Of a DNA stretch of 64,000 nucleotides, positions 36,484 to 52,588 are shown piece by piece. Made by a program: the position numbers and the translations under genes. Below the pieces are notes generated by a model. It made no database searches. It saw only the letters and a program-made list of their open reading frames with translations, and had not been told where the DNA came from. This stretch comes from Blastocystis sp. Blastoise (taxonomy: Eukaryota; Protista; Bigyra: Opalinata). The stretch is from the NCBI GenBank assembly GCA_039096225.1, contig JBBPEB010000004.1, forward strand, positions 372,001-436,000, given 5' to 3'. The stretch's first letter is position 1; the number at the start of each line of letters is the position of its first letter.

Positions 36484-37351
36484 ATGGAGTATTTATGAAT
36501 TTATATTTGCATAATTGAATTATTAGGAAGAATAGTAAGCTAACTGTTGAGGATATTAAAAAAATTAGAAGATTCAAAATGAATATCAGTCTTGCATGTA
36601 AAGAATTTTATTGTACTATCAGGTTTCCCAATCGAAAAAGTATATAACTAATCTTTTATTCAATTAGTTTTGTATCTAGGTGATTATGGGACAAAGTATT
36701 TAACAGATGATTTAGAAACTGCTTTAAGAAAGATAGCTCTGAATAATGGGATTAGCGTTACTTCATGTAAAACGTCTACAAGAATGATTAAGGTATATAC
36801 ATATTTTTGCAATTTAATTATATTATTTGTAGAAAGTACTACAATATATTCCATATGTTTTAAGTCAACGAGAAAGAAATAGTGCAAAAGATATGTTTAT
36901 ACATTCTGAAGAATGTAATAGATTGAATATTCATAATTCTTTATACCTTCTTATTTTAAAAATTATTAAGAAATACTTTTTAAGTTATTTATCTACAATT
37001 TATGTTGATGACTATACTATTATTAAAGAAGTGAGATCTTCATTAGCGGATAAATTGAATAAATGTACATTTCATTCTTTTTTTGGTTTTCAACTTATTT
37101 CAAATGGAAAGAAAATACAGAAAAGTACAATTAAAAAGAATGATATCTTTGTATATTTATATATTATATTAATATTTGTTTTATTTTATTCTTTTACTGT
37201 TTAAACACTAAATATAATATATATATAGATATACTTATGGGAATCCAATTTTAATAAAATAGAGAAAACCGATTATATTTATAAAGCCAATCAAAAAATA
37301 ATAGATAATATTAGCGTCATATATGACGCAATTCAAAATACAATTAATTGA
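36484..37351 (+). CDS. Accessory gene of the CACTA element, unknown function, spliced
   Basis: Five exons join in frame through short GT-AG introns: MEKNSKLTVEDIKKIRRF...YLGDYGTKYL...KDMFIHSEEC...IYLWESNF...NTIN*. Head-to-head with the transposase. Confidence 0.62.
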
Positions 37352-38380
37352 TTTTTTTATTGATTCTTGATTGGTTTATTATCAAGAAATTTCTTATATT
37401 TTCTTTATTTTCTTATTTATATATATATATATTTCTACATATTTCTTTTATGTTTTTAACAGTTTTACAATAAAATCCAAGTAATTATACTATATTGTTT
37501 TGTTTCTATTATTTTAGGCTTCTATGTTTTCAAATAGCTTTATATAGAGAATTTTTTGTAAATGCTATACTTAATTTTAGTTTGTTTTTATTATATATAG
37601 TGCCATTTTAAAGGTGACTTCCAACTTATTAGATCACTGTTTGTTCAACAATTAAGGTATGTCATTTACATTTTTCATAATTTTTTTATATAGTATTTCA
37701 AATCAAGAACATATTAATATAGAAGGTATTTACTTTTTTTTACAATTTATCCATTTCTATATATAGATATCGTCTAGTATTATACACAGCAAAACTAATT
37801 AAACACTAATATACCAGAAGCTATGCATTATTAGAGCTAAAATAATATTTTTTTTTGTTTATAATATATTATATACTGATAAATTAATCTATTGTTATTT
37901 ATTTCGTTTTTGTAATATAAAATTTATAAAAAAATAATATGCTAATTAGAATAATTGTTTTGTTTTGTCAAGTATTATTTTTTAAATTATAATCAGAAAA
38001 CCAGGGAGTTATTTTATAACTAAAAAATTAGAAGAAATTAAAGCATCATTCTTTTGTCGATCAAAAAGGTAATCTGAAATGGTCTTAAAAATAATTAAGA
38101 AAAAATTCTCATAACGCGGAGTTTTATTTCCATAAATATGCCTGCCAGTGTTCTATATAATTATTCATAACAAAGATTAACACATACTCTTATATATAGG
38201 TAAACGAAGAATCAAATTAAAATAGAAGGTTAATTCATTTAAAACAATGAAACAATACAACGAAGTTAGTTTTAATGAAGGAGATGACGAAACCTCAAAA
38301 GATACACAAGAAAAACCCTTGAATTCCAGTAAGAAACGATTTTTAAAACAGTTTATTGTTTCATTATTTGGCACATCTCT

Positions 38381-39557
38381 ATGGCTAGAATGATGAGTAC
38401 ATCAGATTCATCTTGGGTTCCATTAGTCTCAAATGCTTACACTCCTGATGGAGATTCTTCGTCGTCATCTAGTAGTCAATCAACACAAAAAGAATCTCAA
38501 ACTGTTTATTTGAAAGACAGTCATGTTTCACCAAACAACAGCGTCAATAGACTTCTTGAATTAAAAGGTTTATTGGAATCAGGACAGATTTCAATGGAAG
38601 AATACAGAGTATATATACTTTTATTTTTAGTCTGATATAGTTTAGAATAAGTACAAGCTATATATTCATTATATTATAAATATTATGGAGTTCATTCATT
38701 ACGTTTATCTTTCTATAGAAGAAACTCACGGAGATCTCTTATCCATCAATATCCTCAAGCCCAATGACTCAACGAGAATCGAATCCTGGAGACGATACTC
38801 GATCTTTAAGTAAAGTTTATGTGATTCCTCAGGATCCACCCACTTCTTTCAACTTAATACCCTTAGAAAACGCTATTAAATATATATATACGATTGATGA
38901 TAAAGGAGTTGGAAATGTATTTTATTCATTCATTATATTTGTTATTTTATTTATGTTGTTTTCATTTTTCTTTTATTATATATATTATATATTATTTCAT
39001 TTTTCTTTTATTATATATATTATATATTATTAGTGGTCCCATGATAGATGTTGTGTTCGAATGTGTAATATGCCATTTAGTCGTGGATGCTATCGAGCAG
39101 CTTATCATCTGATGGAGTATGATATCTATGATTCAAATACTAAGGAATATACACTTGAAGAACCCTTTGATAAAGAAGGAAAAAGAGTATTTATTATATA
39201 GTTATTCATAATTCAATATATATAATTTTATTTATATTATTTTTAAAATTGTTTTCTTAGGATACAATTTAATATATCAATTATTATTATTATTATTACT
39301 ATATATTTAAATTTATACTTCATAATCTTTCGATACTCTATATATATATATATATATATTATATATAGATAACTTTTGTAGGTAAGGTTCCCGATACTCA
39401 TAAGATTAATGAAGAGAGTTTTATTAAAGATGTTGAAATGCAAATACTATGTGAGAAATATGCAGCTCTCTATAACTCGTATTTATATTATGAATTAGTT
39501 ATTATATTATATGGATATCTTATGTTTTTCCTTTATATTATTATTATTATTATTATT

Positions 39558-39600
<43 letters not shown>

Positions 39601-40443
39601 TCTCTATTTATTATATATATAATACTATAACAATTATCTTCAGTCATAATCCTCCATTATGTATTCATTTCAACAATACCTGGTTAATACGTTTAATAGA
39701 TCGTCCTCAACAGCCACTTATTTCTGTTGAACCTTATTTAAATGGTACTTATATAAAACAGAATAATAATGATGGTTATGTAAATAATTCAAGAAATACT
39801 CCACAAGCATTTAGTCATTTTACTTATGAAGCTTCAGGACATACATTAATTATTGTAGATATACAAGGAGTAGGAGATATATATACAGATCCTCAAATAC
39901 ATTCTTCAGATCCATCTCAATTTGGAATGGGGAATCTTGGTTTAGAAGGATTTGAGAAGTTCTTTAGAACACATCGATGTAATCGTTTATGTGAATGGTT
40001 ATATTTAAAACCAGTCAATTATTGTGATGACCAAGGAGATGGAACACTACCGGAAACAGAACACATCCAGGACAACAAAATATCTCCTTTTATATTTCGA
40101 CCCCAACGTATTCTTGACATATTTGATCCAAATGCAGTTCGACCTACGTATATATTATATGTTTATTATTATTTTTATTATTATTATTATACTGTGTTTT
40201 TATTATTATTATTTTTTTATTATTCTTTTTTTATTATTCTTTTTTTTTTATTCTTTTAATATTATTCATTTTATAAAAATATTTTTATTATCCTATATGT
40301 AATTCAAATCTCATATTTAATTGAATTCTATATCTATTTTATTATTTATTAATCTATATATATATATACATAGTCCAACTTCACCCTATAAATTTACTTC
40401 AAAGTTCTTTCGTCTCTTTGGATGTAAATGTTGTTATGAATAA
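38381..40443 (+). CDS. Alpha-kinase (eEF2K/MHCK-like) with N-terminal SHOCT-like domain
   Basis: RLLELKGLLESGQISMEEYR (SHOCT-like); GRGCYRAAY, PQAFSHFTYEASG, IVDIQGVGDIYTDPQIHS, GNLG...FFRTHRCNRLC. Start may extend upstream to ATG 38247. Confidence 0.9.
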
Positions 40444-41938
40444 TAATCATTTATAACAAAACAAACACTCTCTTTATATACATATATATGTATAGTTTTT
40501 AATAGGTAATTATTAAAATAGTATAATAATATACCTTTTTATTGTTTCTCTATATATTCATTTTCTATATAAGACCTTTTTATTGTTTATTTCTAGTATC
40601 ATATTTCATTAATATATAGAGATTATTATTGTCATTTCTGTCATCAACGCTTTTTCTTATTTTCTTTTCTTTTCAATATTTATTTGTTTATTCTTTTTTT
40701 CTATTTGAAATCTTGCAAATATTTCTTTTGTTTTTATCTTTGTTTTTTTTTATTTATTATTTATTAATTCATTTTTTAGCATGAGTTTTTATAAAATTTC
40801 TTATATATACATTTTATATATATTTCATTATCTATACTGCTTAATTTATTTTTTGTTAAATATCATTTAACAGTTCTAAGTTGTGTTCCTCTATAAATTA
40901 TACATTTTGTCATTCTAGTTTGTTGCTTTTTACTATGTAATATTATTAACTAGCTTTTAATAATTACTTTCCTTTGAATCATTAAGTCTATATCTAGATT
41001 ATTCAACTCTAAAGATAATTGTTCACAATCACACACCAAAATGAAGCTATAAAAGCTATTTATTATTGTCATTGATTACTCTATTTCTCAATAATCTTCT
41101 ATTGAATAACGGAGTATTTTTATTTCATAAGAATTCATAAAAAAAGAAAACAAAAAATATGATATTTTTCTTTCTTCTGTTCGCACTCTATAATGATTGT
41201 ATTTGTGTCAAATATATAAATTCTATATTGCAAAAAGTACTGCTATTCACTGAAGGTATATATATATATTCTTATTGCACCAATTTATTGATATCATCGG
41301 AACAACGGCTCATATTTTGAGTAGAGAAACGCTCATAATTTCATAACTTGTTCCTATATTAACGAAACACAACAGACTTCATGTATTAAAGATAATGCAT
41401 GTTGCTATATTGTTTTCAATATTCTTTGTTTCATTGCAATTCTATTGTTATGTTATAACTCAATAGATTTCTACTATTTTTTTTATTTCTATAGAAATTA
41501 ATTAAATACAAATCAAGGTTTTTCGTCCTCATCTACTTTTATACTCTGAGTATAATCTTTTTTTTAATTCAAAAATTTACTTTAGATTCTTATGTCTGTC
41601 TTTACAACAATAAAATGGCATGTCATGAGTTATAAGACATTCACATCTTTTTTCATTTTTTTCGAAGAATCAATAGGTTTGTCGTCATTCAAGACTTTTT
41701 GTCTATCGATAAAATAAACAATTAGATAATATAGTTCTTAAAACGACGATAAAACAACATTAATCAAAGAAAAGACTGAATATAGAAATCAGAGATAAAC
41801 TGACTTTTTCTGAAATATGATATTTATAAATATTTCTAAACCATTCACTGTCGTTTTGCTATTTTCCAGGAATATCAAAAAATTCACTTTTTTGCTGGTT
41901 TTAATGGTATATATATTTTTTTTGTTGATATATCTCGA

Positions 41939-44311
<2,373 letters not shown>

Positions 44312-44753
44312 ATTATATACTTATAATGTTATTATTTGTTTATTCATTCATCCTATTTAATTTCTTATGTATAACAAAACAAGTATTCTTCTATATCTTT
44401 GTTATTTCTCATCAGACTTTTATAATTCTTTTATAATATACTGGTTTTTCCTCTTTTTCTTTATTATGTTTGTTTGTTCATTTATGTATATGTCTTCATT
44501 TTATATTATTGTTTAGTGTTATTCTCTTTTTATGTTATTATTATTATTATATATATTATAATATAGACTCAGTTATTCTTTATACTATTTGCATGATAAA
44601 TCTCATAGATAATCAATATACTACTTTAAAACAACAATAAATATAAACGTATTATTTTTTAGAAAAGTCAACTGAAAAAGTCTGGAAAACAGAAAAACCA
44701 GAAATTTTTAATTCTTTTCATTTACCTATTTATCGTTATAAAATTAGCTTTTA

Positions 44754-46390
44754 ATGTCAGTATGGTTGTTTTTAGATATTAAGTGTTATCTTTTATATTA
44801 GAGTGATAACGAAAACTTAAATTTAAAAAGTGATGAAGAATTACTCAATACAACTGAAGATGAACAAGAAGAAGTATATAATAATTAGCATAACTGTAGT
44901 TTTCTGATTCTCTGGATATAAATATTCTATCATTTATATTACATATTTAGGTAAATGATTCTCAAAAAGAAAGTAATATTGAAGATTCGAATCTTGCTGA
45001 AGATGAGATTGATGCTGGTAGTGATATAGATGATGATGATGATGAAAATCAACAAGACGATGGAATTGAAGACGATATTGATATTGGCAATGATGTAGAT
45101 GATGATGATGATAATGATGATGAAAGCCAGCAAGACGATGGAATTGAAGACGATATAAATTGGGATGAAGCTGATGAAGATGAAAATGAGCATGAAAATG
45201 AGAATGTTGATGATCGTTTTGCTGAGAAATTTTCTGATGATGATAATGATACGGATATTAATAATATTGATGAAGAAACCTTAAAAGAAGAAATTCAAAT
45301 TGAAAAAGGAAAACAAAGAAAGGTTTTCGATAACATAACTCCTCTTACTGAAGAAGAAATCAACGAATATAATGATAAAGTCAATAAAACTGGAGTGTTA
45401 TATATCTATATATGTTTGTTATATATTTTTTTGATTATATATATATTTTTCTTTAGTATATAGGTGAATATATATAGTTTTTTTTAATTTAAGTTAATTT
45501 ATTATTATACTTATTATATTTATTATATTTATTATATTTATTATATTTATTATATTTATTATATTTATTATATTTATTATATTTATTATATTTATTATAT
45601 TTATTATATTTATTATCCTTCTAGTTATATATGAGCCATGTCCCACCATATATGAGACCTTATAAAGTTCGTATATTATTATCTCCTTTTGGAGAAATAG
45701 GTCATATGCATTTCGTTGAAGAAGATGCTGCACTTCGTCGACGAAGAATACGAAACGGAGGCAATAAAAAAATGAAATATACTGAAGGTATTTATTATTA
45801 TATTTATTATATTTATTATATTTATTATATTCATTATATTCATTATATTTATTATATTTATTATTATTATCATATAGGTTGGATAGAGTTTTTAAATAAG
45901 AAGGATGCCAAGAAATGTGCTTCTCTTCTTAATGGAAACGTTGTTGGAGGTAAGAAATTGAATTTCTTCCATGATGATATTTGGACATTAAAATATTTGA
46001 AAGGATTTAAATGGAATAACTTAGTTGAAAAAATTGGTATTTATTTTTTTTTAATCTGTTTATTTATGTATTATAAATTTATAATATTATTTGTTTTTAC
46101 TACTTCTAATAAAATACTATTTATAATAATAATAATATATATATATAGCTTATGAGAAACGTATTCGTCAAGATCGTCTTAAGACGGAATTCTCTCAAAG
46201 CAGAAAAGCTGATGAATTATACTTGGAGAATGTTGAAGAATCTAAAATATATAAAAAGATACAAAATAAAAAGAATCAGAAAAGAAATACAAATGATATG
46301 GATAATAATAATGATGATATTCATATCAAACGTGTATTTAAACAAAAACCTACGGTTCAAAAAGATGATTCTAAACAGAATAAAGAATAA
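44754..46390 (+). CDS. ESF2: Pre-rRNA processing protein ESF2/ABT1
   Basis: Acidic N-terminus, then TGVYMSHVPPYMRP, YTEGWIEF, LLNGNVVGGKK, DDIWTLKYLKGFKWNNL. Confidence 0.92.
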
Positions 46391-46800
46391 ACTCATTTTT
46401 TTAAAATTTATCTATCATTTTTTAAAGTTTTATATATATATATATAAATATACATTTTTTTATGGTATTGAATAAATGTACTATTTGTTATCATGTTTTC
46501 TTCCATTGTTTGTTTTCAATTTTGAAATTTGTTATTCAGTGAGAAATCAACATTATTTTTAAATATATTCACTTGTCTCTGAAAAGTATTTATACCATTA
46601 TATAAAATAATGATCACAAAAAAGAGAACAAAACAATATATAAATACATACATGGATAAATAATGAAAAGAAATACAAAAAAAAAATAACAATTGTAATA
46701 ATAAGTTGAATTAATCTTTATATATAATTATAATTAATTATAATAATATTTATATGTAGAAATAACTCATAATTAGTATGCAACAACTAGTAGATTCATT

Positions 46801-47520
46801 TTAATTGTTAATATTTTTACACACAAGAACAACACTATCTCCTCTAAGAAACATCTATAGATATTATTATTATTATTTTATATATATATATATTTTATAT
46901 GTATTATATTTATGATTAATACATTAATGAATACTAATACTAATCATAATAATTATTATAATTATTATATTTATGATGATCATTAAAACTATCATAATAT
47001 ATATTTTCTTCAAAAAAATATAAACACATACTTTTTGAATATATCTATCTTTGTTAACAGGTTGTGCCTTCTTTTTGCCTTTACCAGTTTTAGGAGTTTC
47101 TGTCCAAATTTCTTTTACATTTTCTAAAACCCTATAAAATATATACATTTAATTGTTGCATGTATTACTAATATCTCTGTAATTATATTCATATAAATGA
47201 TACAATAATTAGAATAATTTTTCATAAATGAAAAAAATAAAATAATTATTTAACAAATATATCAAATGAACAAATAAAAAATAAATATATATACATATTG
47301 CAATGTCTGTCGAAAGCTTTAACACGTCCAAATAAAGAGTGACTGTTTCTGCATCTGATTAAAAGTTGAGTATTGTTCTTTACAGCATTAAATAAAATAG
47401 ATAAAGGACCTGAAGCGAATTCTTGTTCTTCACTTACTTCAGGAGATTTGGCAGCTTCACTATATAGATCAAATACAATTAAAATAAGCAAAAAAAAGAT
47501 ATAAATAAGTACCTAGACAT
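46801..47520 (-). CDS. SMD2: Small nuclear ribonucleoprotein Sm D2
   Basis: [12 protein letters not shown]...[34 protein letters not shown]...[19 protein letters not shown]. Confidence 0.97.
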
Positions 47521-47804
47521 TCGATTTAATTCAAAAATAAAAGTTTATAACAAATTCTATTTTTTTTTTATATAAAACAAAAACGAGAAAAAATTGTGAA
47601 TAAAAGTAGTTTTTAATTAGAGATCATATTTTCAAGATATCAGGTCTTTCTAAAATAATTAATCATTTTATTTATATAAAAATAGAAAATAAAAGCCCAT
47701 ATATTTTACCGTCGGTAGAGAACTTATGAAAAGAAAATAGCCAAAAAAACAAATTATTCACGATTATATTATTTTTATGGGAAAAGACGTAATTTATTTT
47801 AAAT

Positions 47805-47847
47805 TCAGATGAAATCAGATGAAATCAGATGAAATCAGATGAAATCT
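47805..47847. repeat. Short tandem repeat (TCAGATGAAA) x4
   Basis: Directly visible in the intergenic region upstream of SmD2. Confidence 0.85.
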
Positions 47848-48934
47848 GAATCATTGAAGATATACTTTTGTTGAAAATATTCCTTAAACTCATAATATTT
47901 CTTAATTTAAAATAATTCAACTCTTCATTTGATTTAGAATAAGATGAAATAGAAAAGTAAAATGAAACGAAACATAAAAAATAAAAAAGTTGGCTACATG
48001 TGCTTATTAATTAATAGAAACATAATATAATGAGCAATTTAAAAAAAAGTCAACGAGAAAATAGAACAAATGAAATATAAATAAATAAATTTAAAGATAA
48101 AAATAAACAAGAAAAGAAGCAGATACTGATAAAATAAATATATATATGAAAGATAAACTAACTATAAGATGTACATAAAAGTAAATAGTTCAGCAGCTAT
48201 TTATAAAAAGACAAAGAGAGGAAAGATTATATAATTAATAACGAAAAAAAAGACTTGTCAAAAAAAAAATGAAATGAAATACCATATTAATAAATATACT
48301 TATAATTATTATCAATAAAGACAAATTAAATACATAAGCGATTCATAAAGAACAAGTAATAGTAACTAATATATATATATATATATATAAGACGAGTCTT
48401 AAGACTTATATAAGCATATATATAACTATTGTCTTGGACTTACATATATATAGATATATATAAATGAAATGAATATAAATATTGATTAAATGTATGTATA
48501 TATATATATATTATTGTAGGAAAGGATACACGAAAAAAAAGAATGAAGAAGAATAAAGAAGAATAAAAAAAGAATAAAGAAAAATAAAAAAGAATAAAGA
48601 AAAATAAAAAAGAATAAAGAAAAATAAAGAAAAACACAGAAAAACACAGAAAAAATTTTAAAAAAAGGAAAATTTTTAATTAATAATAACATTAAATATC
48701 ATGAAAAAAAAAGAAATATATATATTTAAACATAAACTCAAGATAAAAATGAAAATAGTATTTTAAAAAAATGAATTTAATTTATTATTAGAACAATGAA
48801 AATAAATATATAGTTATAAAAATAGAATTATAGAATAATTGTTAATTGTTTTAAATTGATTTATCATATAGATTTCAGTAGATAAAGAAAAAATTTGCTT
48901 AAAAATAGAACATCACTCGCATATAAAAATTTGA

Positions 48935-49540
48935 TTACTTTCGGCAATTTATAATAAAATTATAAAAAAGTTCAGCTATATACAAAATATTAGAATATAT
49001 ATACAAGAATATTATATAAGAATGGTATATAGAAGATGAAATTTAAAAAAAATAATTAAAATAATTATAAAATAGATGAAAAAAAATACCATCAGACTGT
49101 ATAGGTGCTTGATAAACGAATGGAGGATAATAATTGATTGCAGGATTTGTAAAAGGTGCTAATGTAGGTCTGGAATCATAAATAACTGGAGTTGGATAAA
49201 TTGTTTGAGTAGCAATCGGAACAGGAAGAATAGCTGGAGGTTCACGAGGTAACGTATACTTCATATGAACTTTAAGGTGTCGTTTTAAGTGATCGGATCG
49301 AGAAGCGCAATAATCACAATATTGGCATTGAAATGGTTTTTCTCTAGTATGAATTCTTTCATGACGTCTTATATGTCCTGGTCGTACTGTGGTGTATGTG
49401 CATCCAGGATAAGAGCAAGTATATAATTTCGGCTTTCCACTACGTCTTCCAGGGTGTTTTTTTTCTGGAGGTTTCTGTTCAGTAGTTTCTTTCTTAACCT
49501 CTACTTTAATCTCAGGTACCGTAGGAGTTTCAGTTGACAT
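48935..49540 (-). CDS. C2H2 zinc-finger transcription factor, two fingers
   Basis: CSYPGC...HIRRHERIH, TREKPF linker, CQYC...SRSDHLKRHLKVH; Pro-rich tail. Short last exon is inferred. Confidence 0.88.
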
Positions 49541-50755
49541 CGATGAATAAATAAAATTTGTAAAAAGTATATTAACTATGAATAAAATAAAATCTATTTT
49601 ATAATGAAAAACAAAACCTTTTTTAAAAAGGGGTCATCTCTCTATTCTTTACCCTCGACTTTTAACAATCTTCAGTAATAATCCACTATTTTTATACTAT
49701 AAAATAATTGGTTTATTTAGATTAACATACGATATTAACCAATTATTTATCATAAAACTAGTTATCAACGAATATTTTGTGGAAAAGAGTTTTACCTGAT
49801 TCCCTGCCCTCAATAGCGGAGAAAGACGAATAAAACCGATCATTTTTTAACTTATGATTTTCTTTGTTTTTATAGTTATTATTATATTATTCTCGCGATT
49901 CAGATCTTAGTAAATCAAGATGTTTATCCTCGATATGAATACGTCACTGTTTGGGACCCCATTTTGCTTATTTTAAGGCCCCTTAAAGAAAGGGGAAGAA
50001 GACCACTATTATTGGTCTTTAGCCATCGAAAACACTATATCTTTTTTTTTGAAACAAATCCGTTTTGCTTTGTATTTTCCCCTTTTTTCTTCTTCTCTTT
50101 TAGTAAATTTTGGGTTTTAGAATACATAAAATACTTATAGATGAATCTTAATAACAAATTGTCTTAAATAGATATCAATATATATAATGGTTGTCGTCAA
50201 TTCACGTGAGTTTACATCTATTTTAGAAGTTCTTATGTCATATCTAGTCTTAAAATATTGTTTTTCTTGTTCATAAAGAAACTACATGTTAAATTCAAAG
50301 TTATAATTTTTAAAAAATTGTGTTCCTACATCATTCAAAGTTGATAATGTTATGTGTTTTATCCATAAATACAAAGAGAAGTCTTGTTTATATTTGTTCA
50401 TATCATTCTTGTTAGAAGAATATACAAAAAAATATATATTTCTCTTATTAAATGCTATATTCGATTTCATTTGTAAATAATGAAAGTTAAAAATGAGTAG
50501 TTGATAAGTAAAATTAATGTCAAATTCATATTCCTAAAAGATGTATTTATCAGTTTATTTAGATTGAAAAATATAGTTGAAAAGAAAAAAAGCAACTCAT
50601 AAAATATAAACAATTATATATAAGCAATAGAAACTAGATTAATAAATAGGATAATAATTTATAAATAAATATATTTATGTTATTTACATAGATATTTTTA
50701 TTTACATTGAATCAGAAGAAAAAAAATGAAATTATAAAAGAGAATAATGATAGAT

Positions 50756-51012
50756 TTAGAAAAGATTTCCTTCAATAGTAACTTCAGGAGATCCAACAAT
50801 AGAAGTCACTTCACCAATTCTATAGACAGTTTCTCCGTGTTCTTCAAGGACTTTAGTGACTTCAGCAACATCTTCTTCTGATTTCACTACTACAACCATA
50901 CCAATACCACAGTTAAAGGTACGAACCATTTCCTTTTCTATATATAGAATAGTTTTATTATTTAAAATGAAATATTTAAAAATATATTATATTATATATA
51001 TTCTATATTCTA

Positions 51013-51049
<37 letters not shown>

Positions 51050-52588
51050 GAGGAACATTGCCGACTTCTTGTAACCATTTGAATACAGGTAATACAGGCC
51101 AAGTACCAGCCTTAATAGTAACACCAGTGTTTTCGCCAAGAACACGAGGAATGTTTTCAACTAAACCTCCTCCTGTTATATGAGCCATAGCTACGACCTT
51201 TTCTGTCCTACAGGGTATAGAATATAGTTTATAGAACATAGAAGAGAGAAAAGAGTATATAGAAAATAATATATAGAAAATAATATATAGAAAATAATAT
51301 ATAGAAAAAAATATATAAAAATAATATATAGAAAACATATATAGTTATATTACATATAGTTGATAGTTAATTCTTTTAGAAATATAATAATATATATATA
51401 CTTGCAAGCAGCAAGAAGAGATTGGACATAAATACGAGTGGGTTCAATAAGAACTTGTCCTAAAGTCTTGGAAGTATCCTTAGGGAAGGAATCCGAGAGA
51501 GATAAACCAGAAGCAGCAACTAATTTACGAACAAGAGAATAACCATTAGACTATATATATAGAGAGAGAAAGAGAATGAATAAACTATGTAATAAGAATA
51601 TAAAATAAAGAATCTTAATAAATACAAAACAATATATTTAGATAGTATAAGAATAATAATATATAATATAACATATAATATAATATAATATAATATAATA
51701 TAATATAATATAATATAATATCCTACATGAACACCAGTGGAGGCAAGACCAAGAACAATCATGCCAGGAGCAGTAGGACGAGGCATGATTTCACTGCGCT
51801 TAACAGCACCTACAGCGAAGCCAGCTAAATCATATTCACCCTTAGCATACATATCAGGCATTTCAGCCTATTAAATATATATAGTAAACAATAAGTAACA
51901 TTCAATATATATATATAGCATTGTTCATCATAAATGAATAATAATAATAATAATATATAGATTAATGATTTCTAAAATATACAGTTTCTCCTCCGATAAG
52001 AGCACATTTGGCTTGTTGACATCCCTTGCAAATACCTTCAATGACGGTCTTAGCAACCTCAACATCTAAATGACCACAAGCATAATAATCAAGGAAGAAA
52101 AGAGGCTCAGCATTTTGAACAACTAAATCATTTACAGACATAGCTACAAGATCAATACCAACGGTATCATGCTTATTCATATCAAAAGCTAACTATAGAC
52201 AAAGTCATAATAAATAATTATTTAATATATATATAAAAAAAGAATAATCTTATAAAAATATATCATAGATATATATACTTTAACCTTGGTACCTACACCA
52301 TCATCACCAGCAACAAGAACAGTGTCTTCACCAGCCCAACCAGCCTTCTTTAAATCGAAAACACCACCAAATCCACCAATTTCACCATCACAACCAGAAC
52401 GATAAGTACCCTTACAGAAAGGCTATAGAAAATAGAATAAGGAAAACATAAATAGAAATTATATATAAATATATATATATATATACTTTAATTAATTCAA
52501 CAAGTCTATCTCCAGCAGCAATATCAACTCCAGCAACATCATAAGTAATAACACGCTTTTCAGCAGATTCAGTATTAGTAGCACTCAT
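50756..52588 (-). CDS. purM: AIR synthetase (phosphoribosylformylglycinamidine cyclo-ligase), monofunctional
   Basis: [65 protein letters not shown]. Confidence 0.97.

Larger units (their letters stand above)
25327..38150. mobile_element. CACTA/EnSpm (CMC) superfamily DNA transposon, 12,824 bp, apparently complete
   Basis: Perfect 17-bp TIRs CACTGGCAGGCATATTT (25327-25343 and 38134-38150), flanked by 3-bp direct repeat TTC (25324-25326 and 38151-38153); encodes a CACTA-type transposase. Confidence 0.92.

Noticed and set aside
47805-47847. Direct repeats as a possible CRISPR array
   Set aside because: Head-to-tail 10-mers with no spacers, in a eukaryotic context.
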